Shown here: positions 9,036 to 18,482 of the stretch, in pieces
Numbering within the stretch: position 1 is the first letter of the stretch
Layout of the letters: every line of letters starts with the position of its first letter
Virus record (IMG/VR): IMGVR_UViG_3300035661_000030
Location: 1-64,000 of that record
Strand: one strand, 5' to 3'
DNA: 64,000 nt
From: a virus
Lineage: Duplodnaviria; Caudoviricetes
Position numbers and translations under genes: made by a program
Notes under the pieces: model-generated
The model's input: only the letters and a program-made list of their open reading frames with translations
Told to the model about the DNA's origin: nothing
Databases searched by the model: none

Positions 9036-9512
9036 TTAATGTCCGTGAATAGGACAATTATCGTTAATTATATAGTGTCCAGTAGGCCAAGCTTCAGCGT
9101 TATCCATCTTAGGACATTTGCACCCTGGCATTTCCCAAAAGCGATGGAATTTTTTATCACGTTTAAAGTGCCAGAGATGCTGTAAAGTATATTCTATCTT
9201 AGTAACTTTCTTAGCAAGAAGCTTTAATTTTCGTGAATCATTTTGTAATGCAGCTGTATACATTTCTTTATACAGTTCACGCTTATCTTTAGCTAACCTA
9301 AGAATTGACCTAATTTCATCAGAAGTACACTTCTGTTGCTTAAGCATTTCATAATTAAGATATACTCCAGGGCCATCGCTTTCTTTGACAAAATAAATCT
9401 TAACCCGCTTGCCATCGGCTGCTGTAATTGATTTAGGAAGAAAGTTCATTATACGTTTCTTATTCATTGGGATATAGTATAACAATGCGAGGTTTTTTAA
9501 ACATTTTATCAT
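9036..9512 (-). CDS. Conserved phage protein with a C-terminal Cys/His cluster
   Basis: LQHLWHF..D..FHRFW..PGCKCPKMDN...NCPIHG. Confidence 0.7.
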   Translation of the reverse strand: MIKCLKNLALLYYIPMNKKRIMNFLPKSITAADGKRVKIYFVKESDGPGVYLNYEMLKQQKCTSDEIRSILRLAKDKRELYKEMYTAALQNDSRKLKLLAKKVTKIEYTLQHLWHFKRDKKFHRFWEMPGCKCPKMDNAEAWPTGHYIINDNCPIHGH

Positions 9513-9714
9513 ATTCTTCTTTAGATAAACCAGATTCTTCTAAAGACCAATTTAATAGAAATATATAATTATCTTTATAAAAAACCCAATTTTTATCTAC
9601 TCCATAACACCTTTTATATCCATTGCCTTCAGAATCAATTTGTAAAATAATTTCTGAATCAAGATCACATTCTGATAATTGTGCAATTAAATCTCTGACT
9701 CTCATTATTACCAC
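9460..9714 (-). CDS. Hypothetical protein
   Basis: MRVRDLIAQL...D.EGNGY pattern common in small phage proteins. Confidence 0.6.
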   Translation of the reverse strand: MVIMRVRDLIAQLSECDLDSEIILQIDSEGNGYKRCYGVDKNWVFYKDNYIFLLNWSLEESGLSKEEYDKMFKKPRIVILYPNE

Positions 9715-9938
9715 CTATCTTCTGGATCATCATAAAAATCTACATCAATTAAATCATCAATTTGATCTTGTGTAATTGTTGGTTCATCATAACAACCAGC
9801 TAAATCTAATTGATCAAGATTAGCCTTTGGTCTGACTTTTCTTCCAGGGTCAAAGGGTGTGTTGTTATGAGAGTATGTTTTACCAAAGCTACCATTCGTC
9901 ATTATTAATGACCTCAATAATAGAATTACGAAGATCAT
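9708..9938 (-). CDS. Hypothetical protein (start probably MTNGSF)
   Basis: GAGG SD before the internal ATG. Confidence 0.45.
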   Translation of the reverse strand: MIFVILLLRSLIMTNGSFGKTYSHNNTPFDPGRKVRPKANLDQLDLAGCYDEPTITQDQIDDLIDVDFYDDPEDRW

Positions 9939-10257
9939 CTGGAATAAGAGTTTCTAAATTATATTTATTTAAAATAGAAATTAATATTCTAGTATCTTGT
10001 CGACGATCACATTTTAATCTTTCTTTTGCTCTTTCAAGTCTTAATTCATATTCCTCATCTGTTTCTTGACGAGTATAAGTTCCTGTTATATATCCGTAAC
10101 TATCTACTTCAAGTTTAACTAGATCTCTAAATTCTTCTGGAACGTGTTGATTAATTAATTCTTGAATTTGTTTAAATGCAATGTTATTATCTTTTATTTT
10201 AAACGCTTTAATTCTAACTTCTAGCCTATCTGTCGTAGTATTCATCATAATCTCCAT
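9889..10257 (-). CDS. Hypothetical protein
   Basis: 122-aa ORF, GGAG SD. Confidence 0.6.
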   Translation of the reverse strand: MEIMMNTTTDRLEVRIKAFKIKDNNIAFKQIQELINQHVPEEFRDLVKLEVDSYGYITGTYTRQETDEEYELRLERAKERLKCDRRQDTRILISILNKYNLETLIPDDLRNSIIEVINNDEW

Positions 10258-10627
10258 CCCAATCTTTTTCTACTGTAATTGCACCAACTTCCTCAACCAT
10301 CTTCTCTTCTAATGTAGAGATAATCTTTTGCATATTCTCTGGAAAAATATCATCAAAATATAATTCGTCTACAGAATACCCAATTTGGGTATCTACACCT
10401 TTAGCACCCCAAAATTCATAGGCGCCAATCCCAAAATCCTCTACGCTGCATTTGCAGTTTACATACGTATTGATTGTAAGCCCATCTTCGCCTTTTGTTG
10501 GGTCGAATACCATAAGACAAACATCAAATCCGTCAGGATTTTCCTTATAATTTAAATCTAGTAATTCTACTTCTTTCCAAGTACTAATTTCATCAAAATT
10601 CTCACACTTACTTTTTTCCTTTTTCAT
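10226..10627 (-). CDS. Hypothetical acidic protein
   Basis: 133-aa ORF. Confidence 0.6.
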   Translation of the reverse strand: MKKEKSKCENFDEISTWKEVELLDLNYKENPDGFDVCLMVFDPTKGEDGLTINTYVNCKCSVEDFGIGAYEFWGAKGVDTQIGYSVDELYFDDIFPENMQKIISTLEEKMVEEVGAITVEKDWDGDYDEYYDR

Positions 10628-10630
10628 TTT

Positions 10631-11035
10631 TCATCCGTTAGTTATATTCTTTTCGTTAATATCAATATTAGTGCATTTATTTTTATTTGCATGATACCAA
10701 TCAACCATTGTTTTATCATATGAACTAATATGAGCTAATGTTAACATTCTCATTAATTCTATTTTTTCTGGAGTAATTTGACGTATAGAATAAATAAATT
10801 CTTTAGCTAATTTTTCTTTAATTTCAATGTGTTCTTGTTTATGTTTAATATAGTATGGATAACCCATTTCTTTCATTAAACTTTCTTCATAATCAAAATG
10901 TTCCGTACAATAAGTCATAAATGTATTAATTATTTTAGGAACATTTTCTTTATACTCTGCAATCTGAAGCAGAAATAATAATATATCTCTATGCTGATCA
11001 TCAAGTTTCTTTATTCCGAGTTTAGGATAATTCAT
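10631..11035 (-). CDS. Bacteriohemerythrin (single-domain)
   Basis: LDDQH, HFDYEESLM, YP...HKQEH, HISSYD: full di-iron ligand pattern; GGAGG SD. Confidence 0.9.
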   Translation of the reverse strand: MNYPKLGIKKLDDQHRDILLFLLQIAEYKENVPKIINTFMTYCTEHFDYEESLMKEMGYPYYIKHKQEHIEIKEKLAKEFIYSIRQITPEKIELMRMLTLAHISSYDKTMVDWYHANKNKCTNIDINEKNITNG

Positions 11036-11139
11036 AGCTAAAAAATACCTCCTTTTGTTAATATTAAAATAACATAGACAACCCTCCGTCTATGTTATAA
11101 CATAATATAATTAAGTTTTGCGTAGTCTATCAATGGTTT

Positions 11140-11727
11140 TTATGTAGCTTCATAACATTCTAAGGATTTAATATAGTTGTTGAGTTTTTCTGCTATACTA
11201 GCATCTATGTTATTCCAGCAATTATTATGAGCTAATAGATGACAAGTTTTACATAATGTAACTAAATTAGTTTTATCATCTACACGAGTTTTATCTATAT
11301 TTGTGGGAACTATATGATGTATATATAATTTTTCTTCATTCATTTCTTTACACAATACACACTTATAACTATCTCTAAATAATATAACCGATTTCAATTC
11401 ATAATTAAATCTTCTTATTGCAATTAAATATTGCTCAGATTCATATCTTGCTTTTTTAGTATATTCTTCTAGATAAAAATTAATTTCTTCTTCGTGTTCT
11501 TTAAAATATTCTTCTCTTAATTTATCATTATTTGCTTTTTTGTTAAAGAATTCCAATCTTTTTTCTTCATTGATTTTTTCTTCTGGTTTAAGTTTTTTAT
11601 TAACTTTTTTAGCAGCTTTCTTTTTATTGAGTTCTTTAGTTGCACAAATGTAGCATTGTTCATTAATAGAAGTTCCATTTAATGGTGAGCAATAATAACA
11701 TTTTTCTTTTTTAACTATTTTCCTCAT
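11140..11727 (-). CDS. HNH endonuclease with an N-terminal CxxC...CxxC and Lys-rich coil
   Basis: RDSYKCVLC...IHHIVP...NLVTLCKTCHLLAH. Confidence 0.88.
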   Translation of the reverse strand: MRKIVKKEKCYYCSPLNGTSINEQCYICATKELNKKKAAKKVNKKLKPEEKINEEKRLEFFNKKANNDKLREEYFKEHEEEINFYLEEYTKKARYESEQYLIAIRRFNYELKSVILFRDSYKCVLCKEMNEEKLYIHHIVPTNIDKTRVDDKTNLVTLCKTCHLLAHNNCWNNIDASIAEKLNNYIKSLECYEAT

Positions 11728-11751
11728 ACTATTTCCACCTATAGATATTAT

Positions 11752-11780
11752 TTGACTTTAAAGTGTGAGTGTGCCACAAT
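11752..11780 (+). promoter_or_regulatory. Sigma-70-type promoter TTGACT-N17-CACAAT with extended TG
   Basis: Read directly; points into the structured non-coding region. Confidence 0.65.
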
Positions 11781-11786
11781 AGTAAT

Positions 11787-12145
11787 GTTTGCTTCTTTAC
11801 CGTCTAAACTGCGAGGATTCCTTGAGTATAAGCCGTAACACAGCAAAGGTCAATATGTCGTCGAGCCTCTTCGGAGGCTCGAAAAATATAAAACCTTCAT
11901 CCCGATTCATTTTTCCCCGACCCTTCGCAAGTGGTGAAACTGCGTTACTTAGCCCATTATCTCAAGCCCCTGTACATTTTACTGGTTTAGAAGTCTCTCA
12001 CGTGAGGCTTGATCTTGACCCTTCTCTTTCATGTCTCGCGCACGAGGCCGGTTCGTTAGCCCAAATATACAGGGGCTACTGAAAAGACGTAACTTCACTA
12101 TTACCAGGGTTTATGAGTGGTCGGGAAAAAGTCAGATCGGGCATT
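11787..12145 (+). ncRNA. Putative structured ncRNA (C-UUCG-G hairpin plus a ~240-nt rod with central bubble)
   Basis: GC-richer than its flanks; 9-bp UUCG hairpin 11861-11882; nested stems 11901-11922/12119-12141, 11930-11948/12089-12102, 11965-11979/12063-12077; G-U pairs favour the + strand. Confidence 0.6.
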
Positions 12146-12179
12146 GGATTTTATTTTATATAATAAATAAATAATAAAA

Positions 12180-12218
<39 letters not shown>

Positions 12219-12231
12219 AAAGAAATAAAAT

Positions 12232-12567
12232 ATGATAACTAAATTTCGAAATGCGAAAATAAATCAAGGTCAGCTTAGGTTGCTTCAACTTATAGCATCA
12301 ATGTATCATGTCGATCCAGAAGAAATTATAAATCAGCTTATTAGAGATTATAATGAACTTCATCTTAGTACAGTTTTATCAAAATCTGTGTACAACAAAC
12401 CCCTGGATTTTTCTTTAGGGGTGGTAGAGGTAGGGGATGCCCTCTCAAAAAAGTCGTATCGTGATTTCAAAAACTCTTTAAAGCTGATTAAAAATCCTTC
12501 TGTTAAACTAGCTAAAGAACAACAAGTACAAAGGCTCGATGAGGTATTAGGCGATGAGATATATTGA
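12232..12567 (+). CDS. Hypothetical protein
   Basis: First ORF of the + strand block. Confidence 0.6.
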   Translation: MITKFRNAKINQGQLRLLQLIASMYHVDPEEIINQLIRDYNELHLSTVLSKSVYNKPLDFSLGVVEVGDALSKKSYRDFKNSLKLIKNPSVKLAKEQQVQRLDEVLGDEIY

Positions 12568-13567
12568 ATGTCGGATAGTTTATGTTGATACTTCTAGGAA
12601 TGTTCTAGATGCTATCTCTATTGATGGATTAAATTGGTTTGAAGATATTAGATATACTAATACAGGACTTAAAATTTCGGGCGACCTTTATCACCCTGAA
12701 ATTGGTGACGTATGTATATGCGATCTTCACGAGGATAACCAAGTTGAATTCATTAAGTTTTACTCTGCCCGAAAAACAAATTCTGACGGTTTAGTGACCT
12801 CTGTTGTGGGTAAAGCAGGGATAGGAACTGAACTGCCAGGGGACCGAATACTCTCTGGGCCTGATGGGGCTATTTTAAAGCTATTACGGGGCGGCTACGC
12901 AGGCATCGGAGCTTCCCCGCTGGCTCAGACGATCTATTTGGCGATAGAAGGATTAGTTAGAACGGTCGCACAAAATTATGAATTGATAAGCTCAGGCACT
13001 AGATGTTACTCAACTAATGATGCTGGAAATATTATTACTCGTTTATGCTTTAATAGTCAGGAAAAGTTTTTTAGTGAAGGTGCGAATGAGAATGATGGTG
13101 CTGAAGCTGAAAACTTTGAATATCAGGTAGAGTTCTCTAAAGATGGATTTAATATATTTATTGGTGAAATTGGTGAAGATGGTAAACGAATTAATAACTT
13201 AGTAATAAGAATGGAACAATCTGGCGATCTGCATGTATTATGCGGAAATAATATTATATTTGATATGTATTCTAATGGTGGAATTTCTTTGAAAATGGTT
13301 GATGATAATAATAATCTAGTTTATAATAAAAGTATTGCAACTGCTGATGGTATGGCTTTGATAAATGAAGTAATTAAAGGTGATGTAGTTAGATATGTTG
13401 ATGGTAATATTTATGAAGAAGTTACAGGTGATAGAAATATAAAAGCAGCTATGTCTAGCGTAGCCGCAACAGTTATTGAAAGTAATTCCACATTAATGAA
13501 AAATGATACTGGCATGAATATTGATGAAATTGATACTGCTCCAGTTAGTGGGATGACTCTTAGATGA
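12554..13567 (+). CDS. Probable baseplate spike/puncturing protein
   Basis: N-terminal OB-fold-like pattern (P..GD.C), beta-strand-rich C-terminus, position in the tail module. Confidence 0.5.
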   Translation: MRYIECRIVYVDTSRNVLDAISIDGLNWFEDIRYTNTGLKISGDLYHPEIGDVCICDLHEDNQVEFIKFYSARKTNSDGLVTSVVGKAGIGTELPGDRILSGPDGAILKLLRGGYAGIGASPLAQTIYLAIEGLVRTVAQNYELISSGTRCYSTNDAGNIITRLCFNSQEKFFSEGANENDGAEAENFEYQVEFSKDGFNIFIGEIGEDGKRINNLVIRMEQSGDLHVLCGNNIIFDMYSNGGISLKMVDDNNNLVYNKSIATADGMALINEVIKGDVVRYVDGNIYEEVTGDRNIKAAMSSVAATVIESNSTLMKNDTGMNIDEIDTAPVSGMTLR

Positions 13568-15753
13568 TACAAAAATACGTTATTAGTGATTCTATAATTC
13601 TTCTTCCAGCTATTGCATATGCTGATAAGGATTTATATTCATATGAATGGTATATAAATGGAGTTCTTCACGATATTAATTATTATTCTAAATATAATTT
13701 TCCTAAGAGTGGCATTTATACTATTAAACTTGTTACTACCAATAATATTACTAAGTTAGCTACAACTATAATTAAACAAGTAAATGTTACTCTTAAGGGT
13801 CAGAAATGTATTATTCCTGACACGCCGCCACCACCACCACCGCCACCGCCGCCGCCAGCGCCAGTAGTAGAAACTTTTACATTAAAGACATTATATGGCG
13901 ATTACAATAAACCTGATATTGTAATTATTCCTCATGATGGAGGGGTTTGTGATTATTATGTAATTGATTATACAAATAGTTATTCACCGCAAGCTGGTGG
14001 TTGTGATTTTGGTCCTGATGGTAATTTATATATTGCATACTATACAAATATCATTAAATATGATTTGACTAAAAATACAATTTCTTCATTTGCTGGTAGT
14101 AATTCTGAGGGTAGCAGTGATGGGAATGGAGCTTCTGCTCGTTTTGCTGATGCTGTTGATTGTAAATGGGGAACTGATGGTTATCTTTATGTTGTAGAAC
14201 GAAGTATAAAAAGTAGCTATAAACCAAAGATTCGTAAAATTAGTCAATCAGCAGATGTAACAACATTAGCAATACTTGGAACTCCAGATACTATGGGATT
14301 GGCTGTTCATCCAATTAGTCATGATGTTTATGTATCTGATTTTGAAGCTAATTTAATATATAAAGTAACTCAGGCAGGAGTTGTTAGTACTGTTGCTGGC
14401 CGTGAATTTCAATCTGGAGATACTGGATCTCAGGAAGATGGAACTGGAACTGATGCATTATTTGATGGACCTTTTGGAATGGCTTTTGATTCAACTGGAT
14501 CTAATTTATATATAATTCAACAAAATGGTCATAACATTAGAAAGATGACTGTTCCAGGGTATGTTGTAACAACTCCTGTTGGACCTACAGATGAAAGTTA
14601 TGGTGATGTTGATGGTACTGGAAGTAAAGTTAGACTCCATAGCCCACAAAGAATTACTCGATATTCTGATACGGTTTTTTATATAACAGATTCAAATAAT
14701 TATAAAACAAAGAAATTTGATCCATCGACTAATAATGTTACTACTTTTTGTTTATCTACTAGGAGTGAACAGGGACAGCCATGGGGTTTAGCTGCAAATA
14801 GTATGGATTCTTTATATGTCACAAAAGAATATCAAGCTTTACAACATGAATATTATATGACTGATATGAATAATCTTAGATTTACTGGTCTAAGTGGAAT
14901 TGACGTTGATAGTAATGGTGTTTTATATACCAGTTCAACTAATGGTCTTATTATAACTGGATCAAATTATAGTGATTTTGGTACTTATAATGGAGATTAT
15001 GCAGTTGGGCCACTTTTTAATGTAAATACAAAAATGAGAGATCGGAAACCAATTTATAATCCTAATACAAATGAATTATACGTTAATAATTATTACTGTA
15101 TCGATAGAGGAAGAGCTTTTTTAGAGATTTCTGGAGGAAATCTTAAAACTGTAAATTATATAATAACAAGTAGTGATTTAAGTAATGCCAATGTATTATT
15201 ACGGGATATGAAATTTAATAAAGATTATACTAAAATTTATTTTATAGATGAAGATGAAGAAGAAACAGTAACTAGACTTTTTATGTATACCATTGCTACA
15301 AATACTTTGTCTGCTCCTATAATTACATATCCAATATCTACTGCAACGATGGTTTCAGTGTTAGACGCTAGTGATGGTAACTTATATATTATAACTTCCG
15401 AAGATGGTATTACTAGTGGTGCTCATTGTAGAATATGTAAAGTTAATGGAACAAATTTAACTGAAATATATGGGTTTGATTTAAATGATGATAAAGATAA
15501 TGCTATTTCAGATTTTAGAGAATATAAGCCAGGCAAGTTCTTAATTTTAGGTTCTAGACAGATATTTAAATATGTATTAGAAACAAATACATTTACAGCG
15601 ATCTTTGGTAATAGCGATACCTCTGGAAGTGTTGATGGTGATCAGAATTCTTCAACATTAATTGACGCTAGAGGATGTTCTGCCTCACGACCTTATAATA
15701 ATAAAATTTATTTTTGTAATCAAAATTCAATTAGATTTGTTCAGTGGACATAA
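13564..15753 (+). CDS. PKD/Ig-like + poly-Pro hinge + NHL-repeat beta-propeller protein
   Basis: YEWYING...GIYTIKL; 11 consecutive Pro; repeated DG.G..A.F..P.G.A.D..G..LY units. Confidence 0.8.
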   Translation: MIQKYVISDSIILLPAIAYADKDLYSYEWYINGVLHDINYYSKYNFPKSGIYTIKLVTTNNITKLATTIIKQVNVTLKGQKCIIPDTPPPPPPPPPPPAPVVETFTLKTLYGDYNKPDIVIIPHDGGVCDYYVIDYTNSYSPQAGGCDFGPDGNLYIAYYTNIIKYDLTKNTISSFAGSNSEGSSDGNGASARFADAVDCKWGTDGYLYVVERSIKSSYKPKIRKISQSADVTTLAILGTPDTMGLAVHPISHDVYVSDFEANLIYKVTQAGVVSTVAGREFQSGDTGSQEDGTGTDALFDGPFGMAFDSTGSNLYIIQQNGHNIRKMTVPGYVVTTPVGPTDESYGDVDGTGSKVRLHSPQRITRYSDTVFYITDSNNYKTKKFDPSTNNVTTFCLSTRSEQGQPWGLAANSMDSLYVTKEYQALQHEYYMTDMNNLRFTGLSGIDVDSNGVLYTSSTNGLIITGSNYSDFGTYNGDYAVGPLFNVNTKMRDRKPIYNPNTNELYVNNYYCIDRGRAFLEISGGNLKTVNYIITSSDLSNANVLLRDMKFNKDYTKIYFIDEDEEETVTRLFMYTIATNTLSAPIITYPISTATMVSVLDASDGNLYIITSEDGITSGAHCRICKVNGTNLTEIYGFDLNDDKDNAISDFREYKPGKFLILGSRQIFKYVLETNTFTAIFGNSDTSGSVDGDQNSSTLIDARGCSASRPYNNKIYFCNQNSIRFVQWT

Positions 15754-15780
15754 ATAGACTCTATCATTAGGAACTTAATA

Positions 15781-17913
15781 ATGCACCATCAAGAACGACC
15801 TACTATTATCAACGATTTAGCTAAAGCATTAGATGCTCGTATTACACCAATTACAGGAGATACGCAAGCTGTTGCAACTATTATTAATAGAATTACAACG
15901 AACAAAAAGAAATTAAAACCCTGGATTCCACCTAAGTTCTGTATGTATCCTAACTCACCGCGAACTGATGAGTTAAGTTTTAATAAAGGACTTGGACAAA
16001 TTAGTTTACAGCCAGCTATTGATAGTTTAAATCATTTTAAGCAGGCTGCAATTATGGCTATTAAGGCCCAATTTAATGCTATGGGTCCAGAAGGATCTAA
16101 AGACAGTAAACTTGCTAAAGGTGCTGCTGATTTTTTAAAGCAGATTTTAGAAGCGGCTAAGTGTTTTACGGCGATAGTTCAGAATGTTAATAGTCTCATA
16201 GATACTTATATTCAAGTAATTGATAAATTGGTAGTAGAGGTTATACAGACTATTGATAGATTAGAATCAGAAACAATGAGATTAGTAAGATCTCTTTGTT
16301 CAATGTCAGATTTAAAAACTGTGATTACAGAAGAGTTGTTCGATGCGCTAGATAGAGCTACAAATATCTATGAAATCATTGGACTTGTGGCTCAGATTCA
16401 GCAACAGGTTCAGAAAGCAGCGTTAGCTACAGATACTCTTTTACATAGTAAAGAAAGAGTTTTACTTCATCTTCAAGTTAGTTTAACTTTACTTCAGAAT
16501 AGAATTAATACGTTACTTCGTTATAGTGCTTTGCGAGATATGTTAGGTTCGCACAGAAAAAATGCTAGTAATATGTATATGACAGATGATTTTTTAAATG
16601 ATATTGATTTTTCTGAAGTTCAAGCTTCTAGTTTTAATTGGAGCGTAACCAATACAGCTGGTCTTTATGAATATAATTTAACAGATGAATTAAATATTAT
16701 TCCTAAACTTAATAATTTATTTGCTAATTATAATGATAAGCTTTCTGCTGGATTAATTATTGCTGCAAGAGAGGAACAAGGTTATATTTTCGTTCCAGAA
16801 TTAGAAGAAAGTATTATTTCTGCTGGTCTTGATGCTGCTATTGGTGGTAGTGTTTCTTTAATATTAGAACTTTCTATTAATAATGGTGATACTATTATTA
16901 GATCAATAGCAAAAGGTTTTGCGCCAAGAGAAGGTGAAAAGATTATTAGGCGTAATAAGGGTGTTTATTTCTCTAAATCAAAAGAGAAGATAGAATATAA
17001 TAAAGTTATTGCAAGAGAAACCAATACATGGGAAATTTATTTAACTGAAACTACACTTACCCCGCCTGCCCTTAATGATTTATACTATTTTAAAGATCCA
17101 TCAACTCAAGCTACATGGGATTTTACAATTACAGAAACCACGAGCAACGGCAAAATAATTAATCATACATTTCCGGCATTATGGAAGGTTATTAATGTAA
17201 CTCATAATTCTGTTACATTATTAAAGATGGATTCTTCTAATCTTAATCCTTCAGATTTCTTAGAGAATTATAATTCAACGAGTTCTTATAAAATTGTTAA
17301 TACAAATTCAATTCCAGGTGTTATTACTCCCACTCCAGGATTAGATACAAACTCTGGTCAGATTAGAATTTTTGCTAAAGTTAAGAATGTTAAAAATAAT
17401 AATTATGATTATTTTGTATGTGATCCTGTTACTGGAACAGCTATTCCTAAAGGATCTTCATATCAAACAGTAAATGATTTTAAAGTTGGTAGAACTGGAG
17501 TACCTGATAATCCAATTAATGATGATGCTGCGGCTTTATGGCATTGGGACGAATCTTATATAGATAAAACAACTGGTTTATCTGCCACTAGAACTTACAC
17601 ACTAGCTCAAACAGTTCAATACAGCATTACTCTTAATAAATATGTATTGCCTATAGGATTTGAATCCGACTCACCACATGCAGGAGATAAAATTCCTTGT
17701 CTCAACTGGTCACTTTCTGTTTATGTTGCAGGTGATCCTAATGAAGTTAATAAAGTTCGTTTTTCTAGAGATTTTATTGCTCAACCAATTCGTTCGTTTT
17801 TCTTAAAAGCTCACTGGGGCTTTATCCCTCACACATTTACAACTGCTAAATCTATTGACGCTCAAAATAAGCTCAAAGATAAGCCAAACACTAAATATAT
17901 TTTTAATAGCTAA
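15781..17913 (+). CDS. Hypothetical, probably virion/baseplate protein
   Basis: 710 aa with helical N-half, within the tail module. Confidence 0.65.
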   Translation: MHHQERPTIINDLAKALDARITPITGDTQAVATIINRITTNKKKLKPWIPPKFCMYPNSPRTDELSFNKGLGQISLQPAIDSLNHFKQAAIMAIKAQFNAMGPEGSKDSKLAKGAADFLKQILEAAKCFTAIVQNVNSLIDTYIQVIDKLVVEVIQTIDRLESETMRLVRSLCSMSDLKTVITEELFDALDRATNIYEIIGLVAQIQQQVQKAALATDTLLHSKERVLLHLQVSLTLLQNRINTLLRYSALRDMLGSHRKNASNMYMTDDFLNDIDFSEVQASSFNWSVTNTAGLYEYNLTDELNIIPKLNNLFANYNDKLSAGLIIAAREEQGYIFVPELEESIISAGLDAAIGGSVSLILELSINNGDTIIRSIAKGFAPREGEKIIRRNKGVYFSKSKEKIEYNKVIARETNTWEIYLTETTLTPPALNDLYYFKDPSTQATWDFTITETTSNGKIINHTFPALWKVINVTHNSVTLLKMDSSNLNPSDFLENYNSTSSYKIVNTNSIPGVITPTPGLDTNSGQIRIFAKVKNVKNNNYDYFVCDPVTGTAIPKGSSYQTVNDFKVGRTGVPDNPINDDAAALWHWDESYIDKTTGLSATRTYTLAQTVQYSITLNKYVLPIGFESDSPHAGDKIPCLNWSLSVYVAGDPNEVNKVRFSRDFIAQPIRSFFLKAHWGFIPHTFTTAKSIDAQNKLKDKPNTKYIFNS

Positions 17914-17952
17914 TCAGTTCTGATTGTGCTATAATAATAAATAGGAGGCATC

Positions 17953-18459
17953 ATGCTGAACGAAGAAATTAAGAAAACAGAAGAAGAATTAAAGAAAGAA
18001 GAGTTTTATAAAATCAAGAATTTACAAGATGAGGTTTTATATACAACAAATGCAGAAGAACTCACCGAAGTATTGGTGGGAATTTTAGCAACTGGATCTT
18101 ATACAAAGACTTTCTCTCTTTTTGACGGTAAAATTGAGTTAACTTATAGTTCTATTACTGAAAAAGAAAGAATGGCTGGATATGATTTAATTCGTACCAA
18201 TGCTGATGCAAACGTTAATAAGTTATCACAGATACAATTAGATGCCTTTAACGCTAAGGTTAATATTGCCCTTCAGCTTACTCGCATTAAAACTAATGGC
18301 AATACAACAAATCTTTCTCAAGGAAAGCTAGATGAAAGAGTTATGCTTTTATCAGAAATGCCTGAAGAACAGGTTCGTTTATTTCAGAAATACTTAATGA
18401 TATTTGCTAATATTACTAACAAGGCTTTCTCTTCTGAGGAATACTTAAAAAACTCTTAA
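17953..18459 (+). CDS. Tail assembly chaperone (G-like)
   Basis: Two genes upstream of the tape measure; ends in slippery A AAA AAC; GGAGG SD and TG-n-TATAAT upstream. Confidence 0.75.
   Translation: MLNEEIKKTEEELKKEEFYKIKNLQDEVLYTTNAEELTEVLVGILATGSYTKTFSLFDGKIELTYSSITEKERMAGYDLIRTNADANVNKLSQIQLDAFNAKVNIALQLTRIKTNGNTTNLSQGKLDERVMLLSEMPEEQVRLFQKYLMIFANITNKAFSSEEYLKNS
18447..18453 (+). other. Programmed -1 ribosomal frameshift site A AAA AAC
   Basis: The -1 frame runs KLLKTSRGVRY without a stop into MILASRG at 18483. Confidence 0.8.
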
Positions 18460-18482
18460 AGACCTCTCGTGGCGTAAGATAT

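Noticed and set aside
11789-12082. 97-aa + strand ORF starting with TTG
   Set aside because: No SD, Ser/Leu-rich composition unlike phage proteins, and it coincides with the base-paired element; better explained as ncRNA, though a peptide cannot be excluded.
11140-12145. IscB/HEARO (omega-RNA) system
   Set aside because: The HNH protein lacks PLMP and split RuvC motifs, and the RNA appears to be on the opposite strand.
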